Below, one piece after another: positions 39,201 through 52,200 of a DNA stretch of 64,000 nucleotides (positions are counted from its first letter, which is position 1; the number at the start of each line of letters is the position of its first letter). Position numbers and translations under genes: made by a program. This DNA comes from Phallusia mammillata (taxonomy: Eukaryota). The notes beneath the pieces were generated by a model. The model had not been told where the DNA came from. It worked only from the letters and a program-made list of their open reading frames with translations, and made no database searches. Where the stretch lies: NCBI GenBank assembly GCA_965637545.1, contig OZ281497.1, forward strand, positions 13,206,001 to 13,270,000, read 5' to 3'.

Positions 39201-41627
39201 AGTAATACAAGAGCAGTGATGCACAACGATACTGATGACCCCAGAAAGAAGAACCTAGCAAAGGTAGAACAAAGAATTTTTTTTGCTACAAAATTAGATT
39301 TGACGGGTATGGGGAAGTTAAATCATCCTGCCATCTGTCGAAAAATGTTCGATGAATCAATAATATTAATTAGCTCTACGATCTCTGGCTAACTACCTGC
39401 TGAAGCCCATAATGGGTATGTCCTGCAGGGACCGCTTATTGCAGTAGTTGGTGGATTTCATTCATTTTATGATTATAAATGTTTAGTAATTAATCTTCGT
39501 TAATTTAACTTCAAAGAAGTTAAACCAGGTGTGTCCAATTCGAAAATACCGCCGTGCTAATTCTGGTTTTAAAATAGACTCGCATGCCGATAATCTTGTC
39601 TCAAACGGTTTGGACTTAATCCGAATATTTGGCCATTTTGTAGAACCCTTAAATATTTAGAAAAAAAACATGTCGTCAAAAACGAGTAAACTTGTTTATG
39701 GTACTCCAGAAACCTTTTATTCCGTTTATGCGGCAAAAAATACTAATAGTTTGTAACGGGGCTTATGTTTGAATTTTATTAGTGGGTTGTGTAACTTTAT
39801 TCCTGCAAGATAATCTTTACCTAAGTGAGAATATGGGCCATGAACAATCAACAGAAAAAAATTAATTGCGTGACCTAAGTCCTAATGTTGCCAATCTGAA
39901 TTTTTGCAAAAGCTCTTGTGCCATTTTTAAATGCTCTGCGTGCCACATTTGGCACGTGTTTGACACCCCCGAGTTAAACTGTGAAGGGTTTGTTATCGCA
40001 TTGGCCTATAGTTTATTTATATCGCTATGTATAACCTAATATCGCCGAATCATGGAGATATTGACTGTATGCAGTTATAATATCCGGAAGATATTAGGGT
40101 TTGGTAAAAGTGACAATTCGCAAACCTTGCACAATCAATGTTTTAGTAAATGACGTCATGAAAGTTATAACTTTAACTGTTTAGGTTACATTTGACATGA
40201 AAATCTACAACTCATCCGAACCAAAAGCAAAAGAGATTGAAAAAGAAATAAGAACTTCGTTTGAGAATGACCCAACACTAACTGATCTCAATGGAGCAAC
40301 TATTGAACCGGAGAAAACTTTCATCGGAGGTAAACACGAAGCCCAAATCGTTCTTTTCCGCTAAACAACTTGACAAAGTGCAATTCAGGAAATTTAACAA
40401 GAGGAGTTTCCATATAGTTTCTATATAGGCGTGTATTTTATCATTTGTTTATAGACCCACAAACTTGTATAAAAGTATATTAGTCTGTTTTAAATGATTT
40501 CACCGAACACCAAAAGTATATTCTTTCTACAGAATATGACAAATGCAAGGATGCTTTTGTGGAAGATTGCCATCCCAATGCCGAATGTCTGCCCACTGCT
40601 ATTTCAAACAACTTTACGTGCAGATGTTACGACGGATATATAGACAGAAACACAAGCTATCCCGGCAGACAATGCGAAAGAGCACGTAAGTTAAAAATGC
40701 ATTTGAAGTACATGGGCTTCTTTTTAAACGTTGATCGCTTTAAGTTTATTTATTTATTTAGTTTTTCTATTAAACGTTGATGCATATAACAAACCAACAC
40801 TTTTTAAAAGCTGTGAATCGACCAGGATCTAACTCGAAATTACTGTAAGACTTTTTTAATGTGTCATTATCGCCAAACACGTACATAAAATGATAGGCGA
40901 CCTGCAGTGCTTGAACGATGTAATTCTTACGCTTTCCTAAACAGTTAAAACAGTTCAGATTTGAAACGCTTTACTATTATTTTGTTAGAGTGACTGAAAT
41001 TTAAATATGAAACATTGATACGTAATTCAGCATTTATTTTTGTACTTTGATTGTAGCATTATATATCGTCATTGTTTCAATGTTCTTAGCAAAGTTAATT
41101 CAAAAATATTAAAAAAAAACAAATAATTCAAAAACATCGCATATGTTTTTGCAGCTGCTCCTTTGGCACTTTCGGAAACAACATTTGTGGTAATTCTTAT
41201 CATTCTCGCATCGTTGATGATGGTCGTCATCGGTGTTTTGGCTTACATGGTTTACATGAAGACTGTTGGGTATGTCTTTGCTTTTTTGCTGCTGTTTTAA
41301 TAATGGATGCCCTAACACAGGGGTCGGCAACCTTCTTTGCACTGCGGACCGGTTTTGAAAGTAAAATTTTATCGCGGACCAGTCTTCAAAAAATTACAAA
41401 TATTTAGCAATGAAAACGCCTAAATTAGTTTATCATTCCCGGGATATATGGGCAAAATGCTTCATAGCATTTATCCTGGAAGATTATGCGACCCGGTAAC
41501 GAACTCCTCGCGGACCGGTACCGGGCCGCGGACCGGCGGTTGCCGACCACTGCCCTAACAAACCATTGTGTTTTGCAGACAAGGGGCGTACAGTCCGAAA
41601 GCTGAGGAAGGAGTCAATTCTGTCTAA
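201..41627 (+). CDS. Giant multi-exon type I membrane protein, 5'-truncated by the window: FN3 x~60, polyPro, SEA-like x~16-17, EGF, TM, short tail. Roughly 8000 aa encoded in the window (estimate).
   Basis: Phase-compatible GT-AG exon chain checked at many junctions, e.g. 201-374, 455-535, 615-797, 887-961, 1143-1316 ... 40185-40329, 40533-40685, 41155-41269, 41579-41627 (TAA). No start codon or signal peptide lies in the window. Confidence 0.85.
3760..11900 (+). repeat. Older 10-FN3-domain super-repeat, two copies, period ~4.1 kb
   Basis: Colinear paralogous exons, e.g. VPELGVRPLSVWSNPVSASVVFMALDNNTESY (4541) vs VSELGVKPTSVWSNPVSASVVFMALDNNTESY (8638), and DSKPVTVLP... (6582 vs 10774). Introns are diverged. 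Confidence 0.9.
24330..27860 (+). repeat. 4-FN3-domain super-repeat, ~2.25 copies, period ~1.6 kb
   Basis: DPVFSPVSVNVTSGLTDANVTIQPSPSNVDSY (24744) vs DPVFSPVGVNVTSGLTDANVTIQPSPSNVDSY (26354). A third partial copy starts at ~27509 (VAPRSPINVTASPLHETS). Confidence 0.9.
28372..28651 (+). other. Two polyproline exons (28372-28512, 28585-28651) of the giant gene
   Basis: GACGILLPPPPPPPPPPSLPPLTSSLPTIPPPPIPPPPPTLPPIIPT / QPSLPPPPPPSPPPPPPIPPVV, in phase with flanking exons. Confidence 0.85.
35930..35995 (+). repeat. Coding 18-bp tandem repeat (TQSPNV x~3), mucin-like linker
   Basis: acgcagtcacccaacgtc-type units encode NTTQSPNVTQSPNVTQTPNVTT. Confidence 0.85.
39526..39971. mobile_element. hAT-type MITE (446 bp), intronic
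   Basis: Ends CAGGTGTGTCCAA...TTGACACCCCCG with a perfect 8-bp TSD AGTTAAAC (39518-39525, 39972-39979). Internally homologous to 61827-62296. Confidence 0.85.
40533..40685 (+). other. EGF-like domain exon
   Basis: EYDKCKDAFVEDCHPNAECLPTAISNNFTCRCYDGYIDRNTSYPGRQCERA: six Cys in EGF spacing. Confidence 0.9.
41155..41627 (+). other. Transmembrane exon (41155-41269) and terminal cytoplasmic exon (41579-41627)
   Basis: FVVILIILASLMMVVIGVLAYMVYM then KTVG|QGAYSPKAEEGVNSV*. The phase-2 junction is consistent. Confidence 0.88.
41318..41552. mobile_element. hAT-type MITE (235 bp) in the last intron
   Basis: TIR CAGGGGTCGGCAACC / GGTTGCCGACCACTG (14/15 match) with a perfect 8-bp TSD CCCTAACA. Confidence 0.92.
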
Positions 41628-42919
41628 ATTTTACTGTTTAAACTTATAAATTCGTTTTATACCAGTAGTGATAGTATTTTAAAATGCCTTAAATTTTATT
41701 TTATCGTAAATTCGCATAATATATAGTAGTTAATATAATCGTAAAATTTTGGTAATATTGATAATATAATAAACAAATTAAATAAACCGCCGTGTGTTTT
41801 GTTACGATTTGCCGGGAATTTTGAGTTTAAAATCACAGAACGTGTCTCAGTGTTTTGTATAGTTTTAGGTACCCTGCAATTAAATGACCTGGAAAGCTAC
41901 GATCAGTCTGATGGCGTCGTTATTTGTAGGGCAACTTGAGTTAAGCAGGATATTAAAATTTAAATAGGATGTCATTTCAGCTTTAGTCAATCATCAGTCA
42001 ATCATTAAAACAAGAATTGTACTATATAACAACAACCGTGGGACGTGCGAAAATATACAAATTTTATTTTCCTCTTCAAAACAAATACACAAAACTTGTT
42101 TGGCCCCTGTGAAAATAATACTAAATAGCCTACCTGTCATACGCCGATTTCCAAAATCTATTTAAGAGAGATATTAGCAACGTTGTATTAATCGAATGTG
42201 TACACAGTGTTAAAAACTGCATAGTGCAGTGCTCTTAATAGTTTAATTAAGTTCCTGGGTTGCAGTGTAATGAAGCGCAGTTTACACTTTGAACAAGCTC
42301 GAACTAAGCTTATACCGCCATCGTCACTATGAGTTTCTTCGGCTAGCTTATCGAAAAAAATGGAAATAACTTTTGTACAATGTAAACAGAAAATAACTAA
42401 AACAACCTTTCCCTTTGACACTTGTTCATCTTTTTCACAACCACAGAATCTCATATGGCAAGAACAACGATCAGACAAAACAAATATGCAGGATATCTCA
42501 CTTGGTTAGAGATGAGGTTAGAGATGTCCGATACGTAGTCAGAACAGGTGTTGTTAATTTTTTATGCCTGAACAGTTTTACAAAAACAGTCGCGGAAGTT
42601 TCAGTTTTAGGAGGTAAAAGTTTTAGGAGGGAACCAGCAAACATTTCCATACAGTTCTTCAACCAAGCAAAAAAATGTAGAGTTTTAACTTTCAGTCATC
42701 CGACTTGGTAAACGATAATATATCTATGCAATAAAGGATATTTCGAAAAAAAGATCGAGATAAAAGACAAACTAGGTTTCAGTCGTGCGTAAGTTTTCAA
42801 TGCAAAAACAAAGCATTTTAATCGCCAGCTGTGGCTGCTCTTGTATAAGATAAAATTTAACACAACGCTGCAGTATGTTTAGCTAAGAAATAAAAAAATA
42901 CTGCTGACTCATAATAACG

Positions 42920-42940
42920 ATCCCGTGACTTCGTCATGTG
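42920..42940 (+). promoter_or_regulatory. Degenerate E-box/M-box pair upstream of V-ATPase B
   Basis: ATCCCGTGAC (9/10 identical to the GBA upstream site) followed by GTCATGTG, ~330 bp before the ATG. Confidence 0.3.
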
Positions 42941-43257
42941 TAAGTCGTTCTGACTCAACAAGAACTTGCGGTCATTCAGGCAAGACGAGTGGTTTGCTGT
43001 TTTATTCGGGTATTATTATTTTTCTGTTAGTGAATCTGTAATAAAGAAAAAAACACGTTTTAAAGTGTGTTAAGTAGTTTATTCGTGTTTGTATTATTTA
43101 ATTCATTGACTTTTGAGATTGGCATGCATGACATGCTTTTGGGTGATCTCAAAAATTGCGTGCTTCAAATTGTTTGTTTGTTATTGTAGATTTTGCCGAT
43201 CTAAGTTGCATAAGTTTACCAAATTGAAAGGAAAGTGTGTGTTGCAATTATCTCAAT

Positions 43258-46202
<2,945 letters not shown>

Positions 46203-46897
46203 TTGACTATATTTTTTTGAAATTTCGTTGTTTTGTATCAGATTATATTTGATGAACCTTGGAATGCATTTGACCCTACCGTTAACCTTGATAACACTAC
46301 ACAAAACCATTATCGTATCCAAAGGCTTGTATCAGAATAGGTTGTTTACTGCATATGTTCACTCCACATATTTTTCTATGTGTTCCTGAGTTTATCGACA
46401 TGGGAAATTTGGATGCATTCAGACTGTGCAATAAATTAATCGCGATGTAAACCATGCTATGTGGTCAAAAATGACACCTATGTTTTCAATGTGACACCAA
46501 AACAAAACCCTTTGGAATAACTAAAAACACATCAGTATGCGTTATGCTCACAATGAGTCCGATCTGAAAGGGGATGTAATTGTAGTTTCGATTTAGCACT
46601 GAACCGTGACGAACTTAGAAATAGGTTGGACCAATCAGCAACAACAGGGTGTGACAGCGGCAAAAAAGAGAACATCATTTTGAATGAACCTTGAACAAGT
46701 GGATACAGCACACACTGTTAAAGAGGACTCTATTTCTCATTTTCTCCACGGTTTGTAGTTTGTTAAAATTTTGCAAAACTTTTTTTCGGTCTAAAACTTG
46801 TTAACTATGTACAAAAGTGTGCAAGTTGTTTTATGGTCCGTTTCAAATTCATAAAATCTTCCAGTCGTCACGGTTCAGTGCTATCTCAGAATCTTGG

Positions 46898-46907
46898 ATC
46901 ACGTGAC
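46898..46907 (-). promoter_or_regulatory. CLEAR-like E-box (GTCACGTGAT on the minus strand) upstream of GBA
   Basis: ATCACGTGAC ~280 bp before the GBA ATG, with ACATGTGA a few bases downstream. Confidence 0.55.
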
Positions 46908-47183
46908 AGTGAACATGTGATGTTTGCATTTTTGTGTACAGCTCTGTGTTGCTTGAATAGTTGCGTGCAGAAGCATTCTAAGCTTTCGTAGGGAGCTAGT
47001 CAATAACGTTGATGAAAATAAAAGAAATGGTGTCTGCCTGTCTGCCCAGCGGCTTAGCAATATGTCACAGGAAATTAAATGTATTGTACAGAAAAAAATC
47101 AAACGCATTTTCAATTTCAATTCTATGTGTTGTTTTTGTTTGTTTCTATTCAGAACTTTTTTCGTGTTACTGCACTAGGAATA

Positions 47184-48737
47184 ATGGATTTGTTTTACTA
47201 CTTCATTCTGCTAATTGCTGTTATCTCAGCAAGCTGTGCAGGCAGTGATGCTGACATGAAATGTGCTTCAAGAGATTATGGACATGGCTCTGTGGTATGT
47301 GTTTGCAATGCCACATATTGTGACACCATAACTACAACTCGGCCTGTGCCATATCAATCAGTGAGTGTGTTTACTTCCACCAAAGGTGGCCATCGATTTA
47401 GTTTCTCTGTCACAAAACTTAGTACAAAAAGCAAAATCAGCACAAATAATGTTGTGATTACTTTAAATAAAACCATAAAATACCAAACGATTAAAGGTTT
47501 TGGGGGAGCGATAACAGATGCTGCTACAGTCAATATTAAAAATTTGACATCAAGAACTCAAGAACAATTAATAAAGGCTTACTTTGGCCCAATGGGAATT
47601 GAATACAACCTAGGTCGTGTTCCAATGGCTAGTTGTGATTATTCTACCAGGAAGTACACCTACTTGGACACACCAAATGATTTTAATCTGAGTACATTTG
47701 AGTTGGCTAAAGAAGATATGATGCTTAAAATTCCTGTGCTTAAATCAATACATCAAGTTTCAAGTCGGAACATTTCTTTATATGCAAGTCCATGGACAGC
47801 ACCTGCTTGGATGAAGACAAATAATGATGAAATTGGTCGTGGGTGGCTGAAAGGGACTGCAGGTGATAAATATCATAAAACATGGGCTCAATACTTCATC
47901 AAATTTTTTGAGGAATACAAAAAGCAGGGCATAACATTTTGGGGAGTAACAGCACAAAATGAACCATCCAATGGCCTGCTCATATCCAGTAAATGGCAAT
48001 CCACCGGTTTCACACCAGAAATGCAGAGGGATTTTATAAAAAGTGATCTTGGGCCAGCGCTAAAAGCATCAGAATTTAAGAATGTTAAACTGATGATATT
48101 GGATGATCAGCGCTTGTTTCTTCCTAGTTTTCCACTGACTGTTTTATCTGATAAAGATGCTGCACAATATGTGTCTGGTATTGGCATTCACTGGTATTGG
48201 GATTGGCTTGTTGGCCCTGAAGTATTAGCAGACACACACGAAAAACTTCCAGGCTATTTTATGCTTGCTACAGAGGCTTGCAACAAGGACACGCCTCAAC
48301 CAGATCTTGGAAATTGGGAGACTGGAGAAAAATACAGCAATGACATACTGGACAATTTAAACAATTGGGCAGTAGGTTGGGTTGACTGGAATCTTTGTCT
48401 TAACTTAGCTGGAGGACCTAATTGGGCTCAAAATTTTGATGACAGCCCTATTATAACCAATGCAACCGGGGATGAGTTTTACAAGCAACCAATGTACTAT
48501 CATATGGGGCATTTTAGCAAGTTTCTGGTGGAGGAATCTGTCCGAATTAAATCTACTATCCAGGGAAATTCAGATCTAAAATTTGTTGCAGTAGAACGAC
48601 CAGATGGAAGCTTGGTACTAGTTGTGTTAAATTCATCAACAAAAGACGTAACTTTTAATGTGGTACAAGACAACTTGTCGTTCACAAACACAATTCCTGC
48701 AAATGCAATCCAAACATTTTCATGGTCAGACAAGTAA
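47184..48737 (+). CDS. GBA1: Lysosomal acid glucosylceramidase (GH30), 517 aa, intronless CDS
   Basis: Signal peptide MDLFYYFILLIAVISASCA; VCVCNATYCD; YQTIKGFGGA; acid/base AQNEP; nucleophile ATEAC; WVDWNL. The first ATG is at 47184, within the ORF-track call. Confidence 0.96.
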   Translation: MDLFYYFILLIAVISASCAGSDADMKCASRDYGHGSVVCVCNATYCDTITTTRPVPYQSVSVFTSTKGGHRFSFSVTKLSTKSKISTNNVVITLNKTIKYQTIKGFGGAITDAATVNIKNLTSRTQEQLIKAYFGPMGIEYNLGRVPMASCDYSTRKYTYLDTPNDFNLSTFELAKEDMMLKIPVLKSIHQVSSRNISLYASPWTAPAWMKTNNDEIGRGWLKGTAGDKYHKTWAQYFIKFFEEYKKQGITFWGVTAQNEPSNGLLISSKWQSTGFTPEMQRDFIKSDLGPALKASEFKNVKLMILDDQRLFLPSFPLTVLSDKDAAQYVSGIGIHWYWDWLVGPEVLADTHEKLPGYFMLATEACNKDTPQPDLGNWETGEKYSNDILDNLNNWAVGWVDWNLCLNLAGGPNWAQNFDDSPIITNATGDEFYKQPMYYHMGHFSKFLVEESVRIKSTIQGNSDLKFVAVERPDGSLVLVVLNSSTKDVTFNVVQDNLSFTNTIPANAIQTFSWSDK

Positions 48738-49226
48738 ATGGAAATGCAATGTTAACTTTTAGCCATGTATTGCAATTCACTGTGATAATTTGTTTTCATT
48801 TCCAGGATTTTACATCCTTTTTGTTGCATAATTTGACAATATACTAACAACTTCCCAAAAGTTTAGTGCATCAGAGATATATTACTATTTCCAGCGGCTT
48901 TACGTCAGTTCTGTGGTTTTTATTTTAGAATGTCAGTTGTTTTATTGGTGTCAAAAAAATACTTGGGTAACTGTTTTGTTGAATGATGTGCAATTGACTG
49001 TATCATAATAAAACTTACAATATATGCATTCCATAGTCAAAATGTTGCTTTTTGGATACCTACAATGCAAAATATGCACAGAAAAGGTTTTAGATAACAA
49101 AGGTTTTTTTCTCATTCAAAGGTGGGAAAACTAGTTCAAATGCAACTCAAAAAATAGTACTACACTAAATGATTGTGAAATGACAAGAATACAACAAATC
49201 CATAAAACATGCTAAATACTTTTGCT

Positions 49227-52200
49227 TTAGCAGTTTATGTAAGCCTTGTGTTGAATACAGTATTCTAAAAATGATCTCCAAAAGTCATCCTAAAAAGCAG
49301 AAAAGTGGTTTTAAAATGCATGTTTTAAAAGTTTATTGTCTGTTACAAAATTGTTTTGGTGATTTCACATTCACCCACAAACATTTTTGATTAAACTTAC
49401 CTTCTTAAGCACAATAGGATTTCCAACCACAACCAGCAATGATTGAGCTCTGGTTATAGCAACGTTAAATCTTTTTGCATTTGATACAAAACCTAATATT
49501 GAGCGCAAACATCCATCATTGTCTGATAGTTCACTAGCTGTGCGTGAACGGACAGTAGAAACTATTACCACTTTTTTTTCCTGTCCTTGAAATTCTTCAA
49601 CTGATCCAACCTTTAATACAAACTCATTTTATTTGCTTTTTTCGGATAACAGAAGACATGACCTTAAAAAATTGCATCTTATATGACTAAATGTAGCTTG
49701 GTTATGTGTTCATAAATTTTCTCAAATTATTTAGGTTTGGAAGTGAACATTATTGATTTTTTTTTCAAATACATTTTTTGTACTAAACTATTAAAGTATG
49801 TCCAGAAATCTGTTTACACATTTACCATAAAACACATTAGGACATTGATGCTTCCCCAGAAATACTGTTTTGATTTAATCTGTGGGACAAAGCAATTTTC
49901 TCTACAGTTTGTGTGACTTTTAATTTAATGTCATGCTGGTATTATGTCCACCCCCACTGCATTTTGCTGTAAGTTTGTTTAAAAATGCTTTGCATTAAAT
50001 TTAGACATCATACAGAAACCTAGGCTCTGCTGGATACAGGTAATTTCAAAAATAACATTTGTTGACAAATGAATACCCTGTGCAGTGCCTAGTACCACCC
50101 CTAGTGCACGCGAGCATATCAGCTCAAAGAGAGGTATCTAAGATGCATATTTTGAGCAGCTCACTTTAAACAGTTAAAACACTTTTTGTGAGATATATTT
50201 TAGTGTATTCTTTCTACCTTTATGCCTGTTATCTTCAGTGATTTAAGCATCAATCGAAGTTTTTCTACTTGTTTCCGATATGGTGTAATTATGCCAATGT
50301 CTGAAGGTAAGACATTTAGTCTTGAAATTAGGAGTTGCTTTGTGTACTGCACAACTTGAACTATTTCAGATGGATTGAAAAAAGACTGGCAGCCTCCTTC
50401 TTTAAACTCCTTTCCCTGGAAAACGGTGTTTTTAATCGCAGGAAGATACATCAACAAAATATACATCTCAATACCATAATTGCATGGAAAAATACAGGAA
50501 AATCCTGAACAGGAAGCAAATTCCATGAACACAATGCTGTTTTAAGTGATTCATCTGCACAGGGCTATGAGAATATTGAAAAACTTAACCTTTTTGATAT
50601 TATGGCTTACACACAACATAAAGCGCATACCAAATCTCACTAGCATAACTCAGTTTAGATACACATATTAGACTAGCTAATAAATACCTTTAATTCATCA
50701 TGATAAAATAGTTTTGATGGGAGTGATAATATGGCTGGATGAGATCTGTAGTTCTTTACAAGTTTTGTTACCTAAAAGATCTTTGTTTAATTTTTGAAAA
50801 TTGTAAAAATATAAATAACCGTTACCAGCAACTCATTGTATCCTTCAATGTACTTGCTGGCATCATACTGATAAATATCTTGGGACATTAGTCGCTCTAA
50901 TAAAGAGATGCCAAGTTGGTAATGAATGGCATAAGGAGACCTTAAAACTGCTCCCAATTGTTGTGGATCACCAACAAGAACAATCTACGTACAAAAAAAC
51001 TGGCGTTTATATTGTTTTGAACTATTCACGTACATTTTGCATTTGCTGTTGACCAAATTTACTGGTGCAATGTCCAAAATAATTTTCACTTCAAAGTAAT
51101 TTTTATCCTACTTGCAAGTTAGGTCATAGAAGAACAAACAACTAAATTCGAATGGATATTTTCTAAAATTGCAATAGATTAATCCAAGTTCATTCTACAC
51201 ACCTGTCCTTTAGGACACAACCCAATAGGAATAAGACATTCCGGTTCAGTTGCCTGGCCAGACTCATCAACACAAACATGTGTAAAATGATCGCTTCGCA
51301 ATTGCAGTGTGTAAAACATGCCAGCATTAACACAGGTTGAAAGAACTATTTTATATCGGGAAATAACTTGTAGACTGTCTTTTGGGTGACAATATGGTTG
51401 GATACAATCTGGTACAGCCTAAACATTTTTTTGCATAAATTACAGTTGAAAACTTCCATGTAGTTTAGTTTACCGAAGCTGGTCTTCTAAATGCATTAAA
51501 TCGAACCATCATTTTTGGTGTGACATGGCCGGAAGCATGCAGCCTTTCACACAGCAGGTCCACAGCACTGTTTGATGGGGCACATAGCAAGAGGCGACAT
51601 GAAGGGTTGTGTTGCAGGATTTGCAGAACTGCTTCCACAAGTGTAACCTTTTAGAGTCAAAGTATTTTTTTTAATTATCATGTTCTAAATAAAACAACAA
51701 CTGCCTTAGCCCACTTGAAACTTTAACATATATTTAAAGTCAGGTATAATTGGAGTCTGGTTAACAAACAGGTATTATCTATACTGGCCATACTGTTTTT
51801 TGATTTTGTTTTATGCCTTTTCAATTCTTTTTTTACTAAATAGGCCCTTATGCAAGACATAAAAATGAAACACAACTAAATACATACCATACAATTACAA
51901 CTAAACACATGCCATGCAACTAGAAGGGTGGCTTAGCACATATTGCCCTTGCATATACACTATAACCTATTTTACAACATTGATATATTTCCTATGCTTA
52001 TTTTATATTGGGTCCCATGCCATCCACTGTCTTTTATAACCTTAGTTGTTTCTGCAAGCAGAAACTCATGGGTCCCCACACATGCAAAGTTGTAAATAAT
52101 GCATTTCAAGAGATAACCATGTAAAAGTTTAGTGTTGTAAGGTAAAACGCAGTGATCGGGACTGGGCTTAAATATTAATACTATGTAGAGTACAAACTAT

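Larger units (their letters stand above)
28729..40329 (+). other. Array of ~16-17 divergent SEA-like modules with Thr/Pro-rich linkers
   Basis: ~110-130 aa modules starting x-F-x-G-E-hydrophobic (RRFRGEV, KFTGEL, REFMGEV, REFAGSV), followed by an amphipathic helix and two strands. The SEA assignment rests on pattern and on the position before EGF-TM. Confidence 0.6.

Noticed and set aside
101-41342. Dozens of short ORF-track entries as separate genes, including antisense ORFs
   Set aside because: Plus-strand ORFs are exons of one gene with intronic run-on. Minus-strand ORFs are shadows of those exons with no recognisable motifs.
41155-41627. Receptor tyrosine phosphatase (PTPRB/PTPRQ-like) identity for the giant gene
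   Set aside because: The stop comes ~19 aa after the TM and no PTP domain lies between it and the V-ATPase gene.
41610-41627. C-terminal PDZ-binding motif (NSV)
   Set aside because: Position -2 is Asn, not S/T or hydrophobic, so it fits neither canonical class I nor class II.
47079-47183. 552-aa GBA with an N-terminal extension
   Set aside because: The extension has no ATG and contains a splice-acceptor-like tract; the signal peptide begins at ATG 47184.
46203-47183. V-ATPase B-GBA bicistronic operon
   Set aside because: The gap is ~1 kb and contains an AATAAA (46430) and a separate promoter-like E-box. An independent promoter is simpler, although SL trans-splicing was not excluded.
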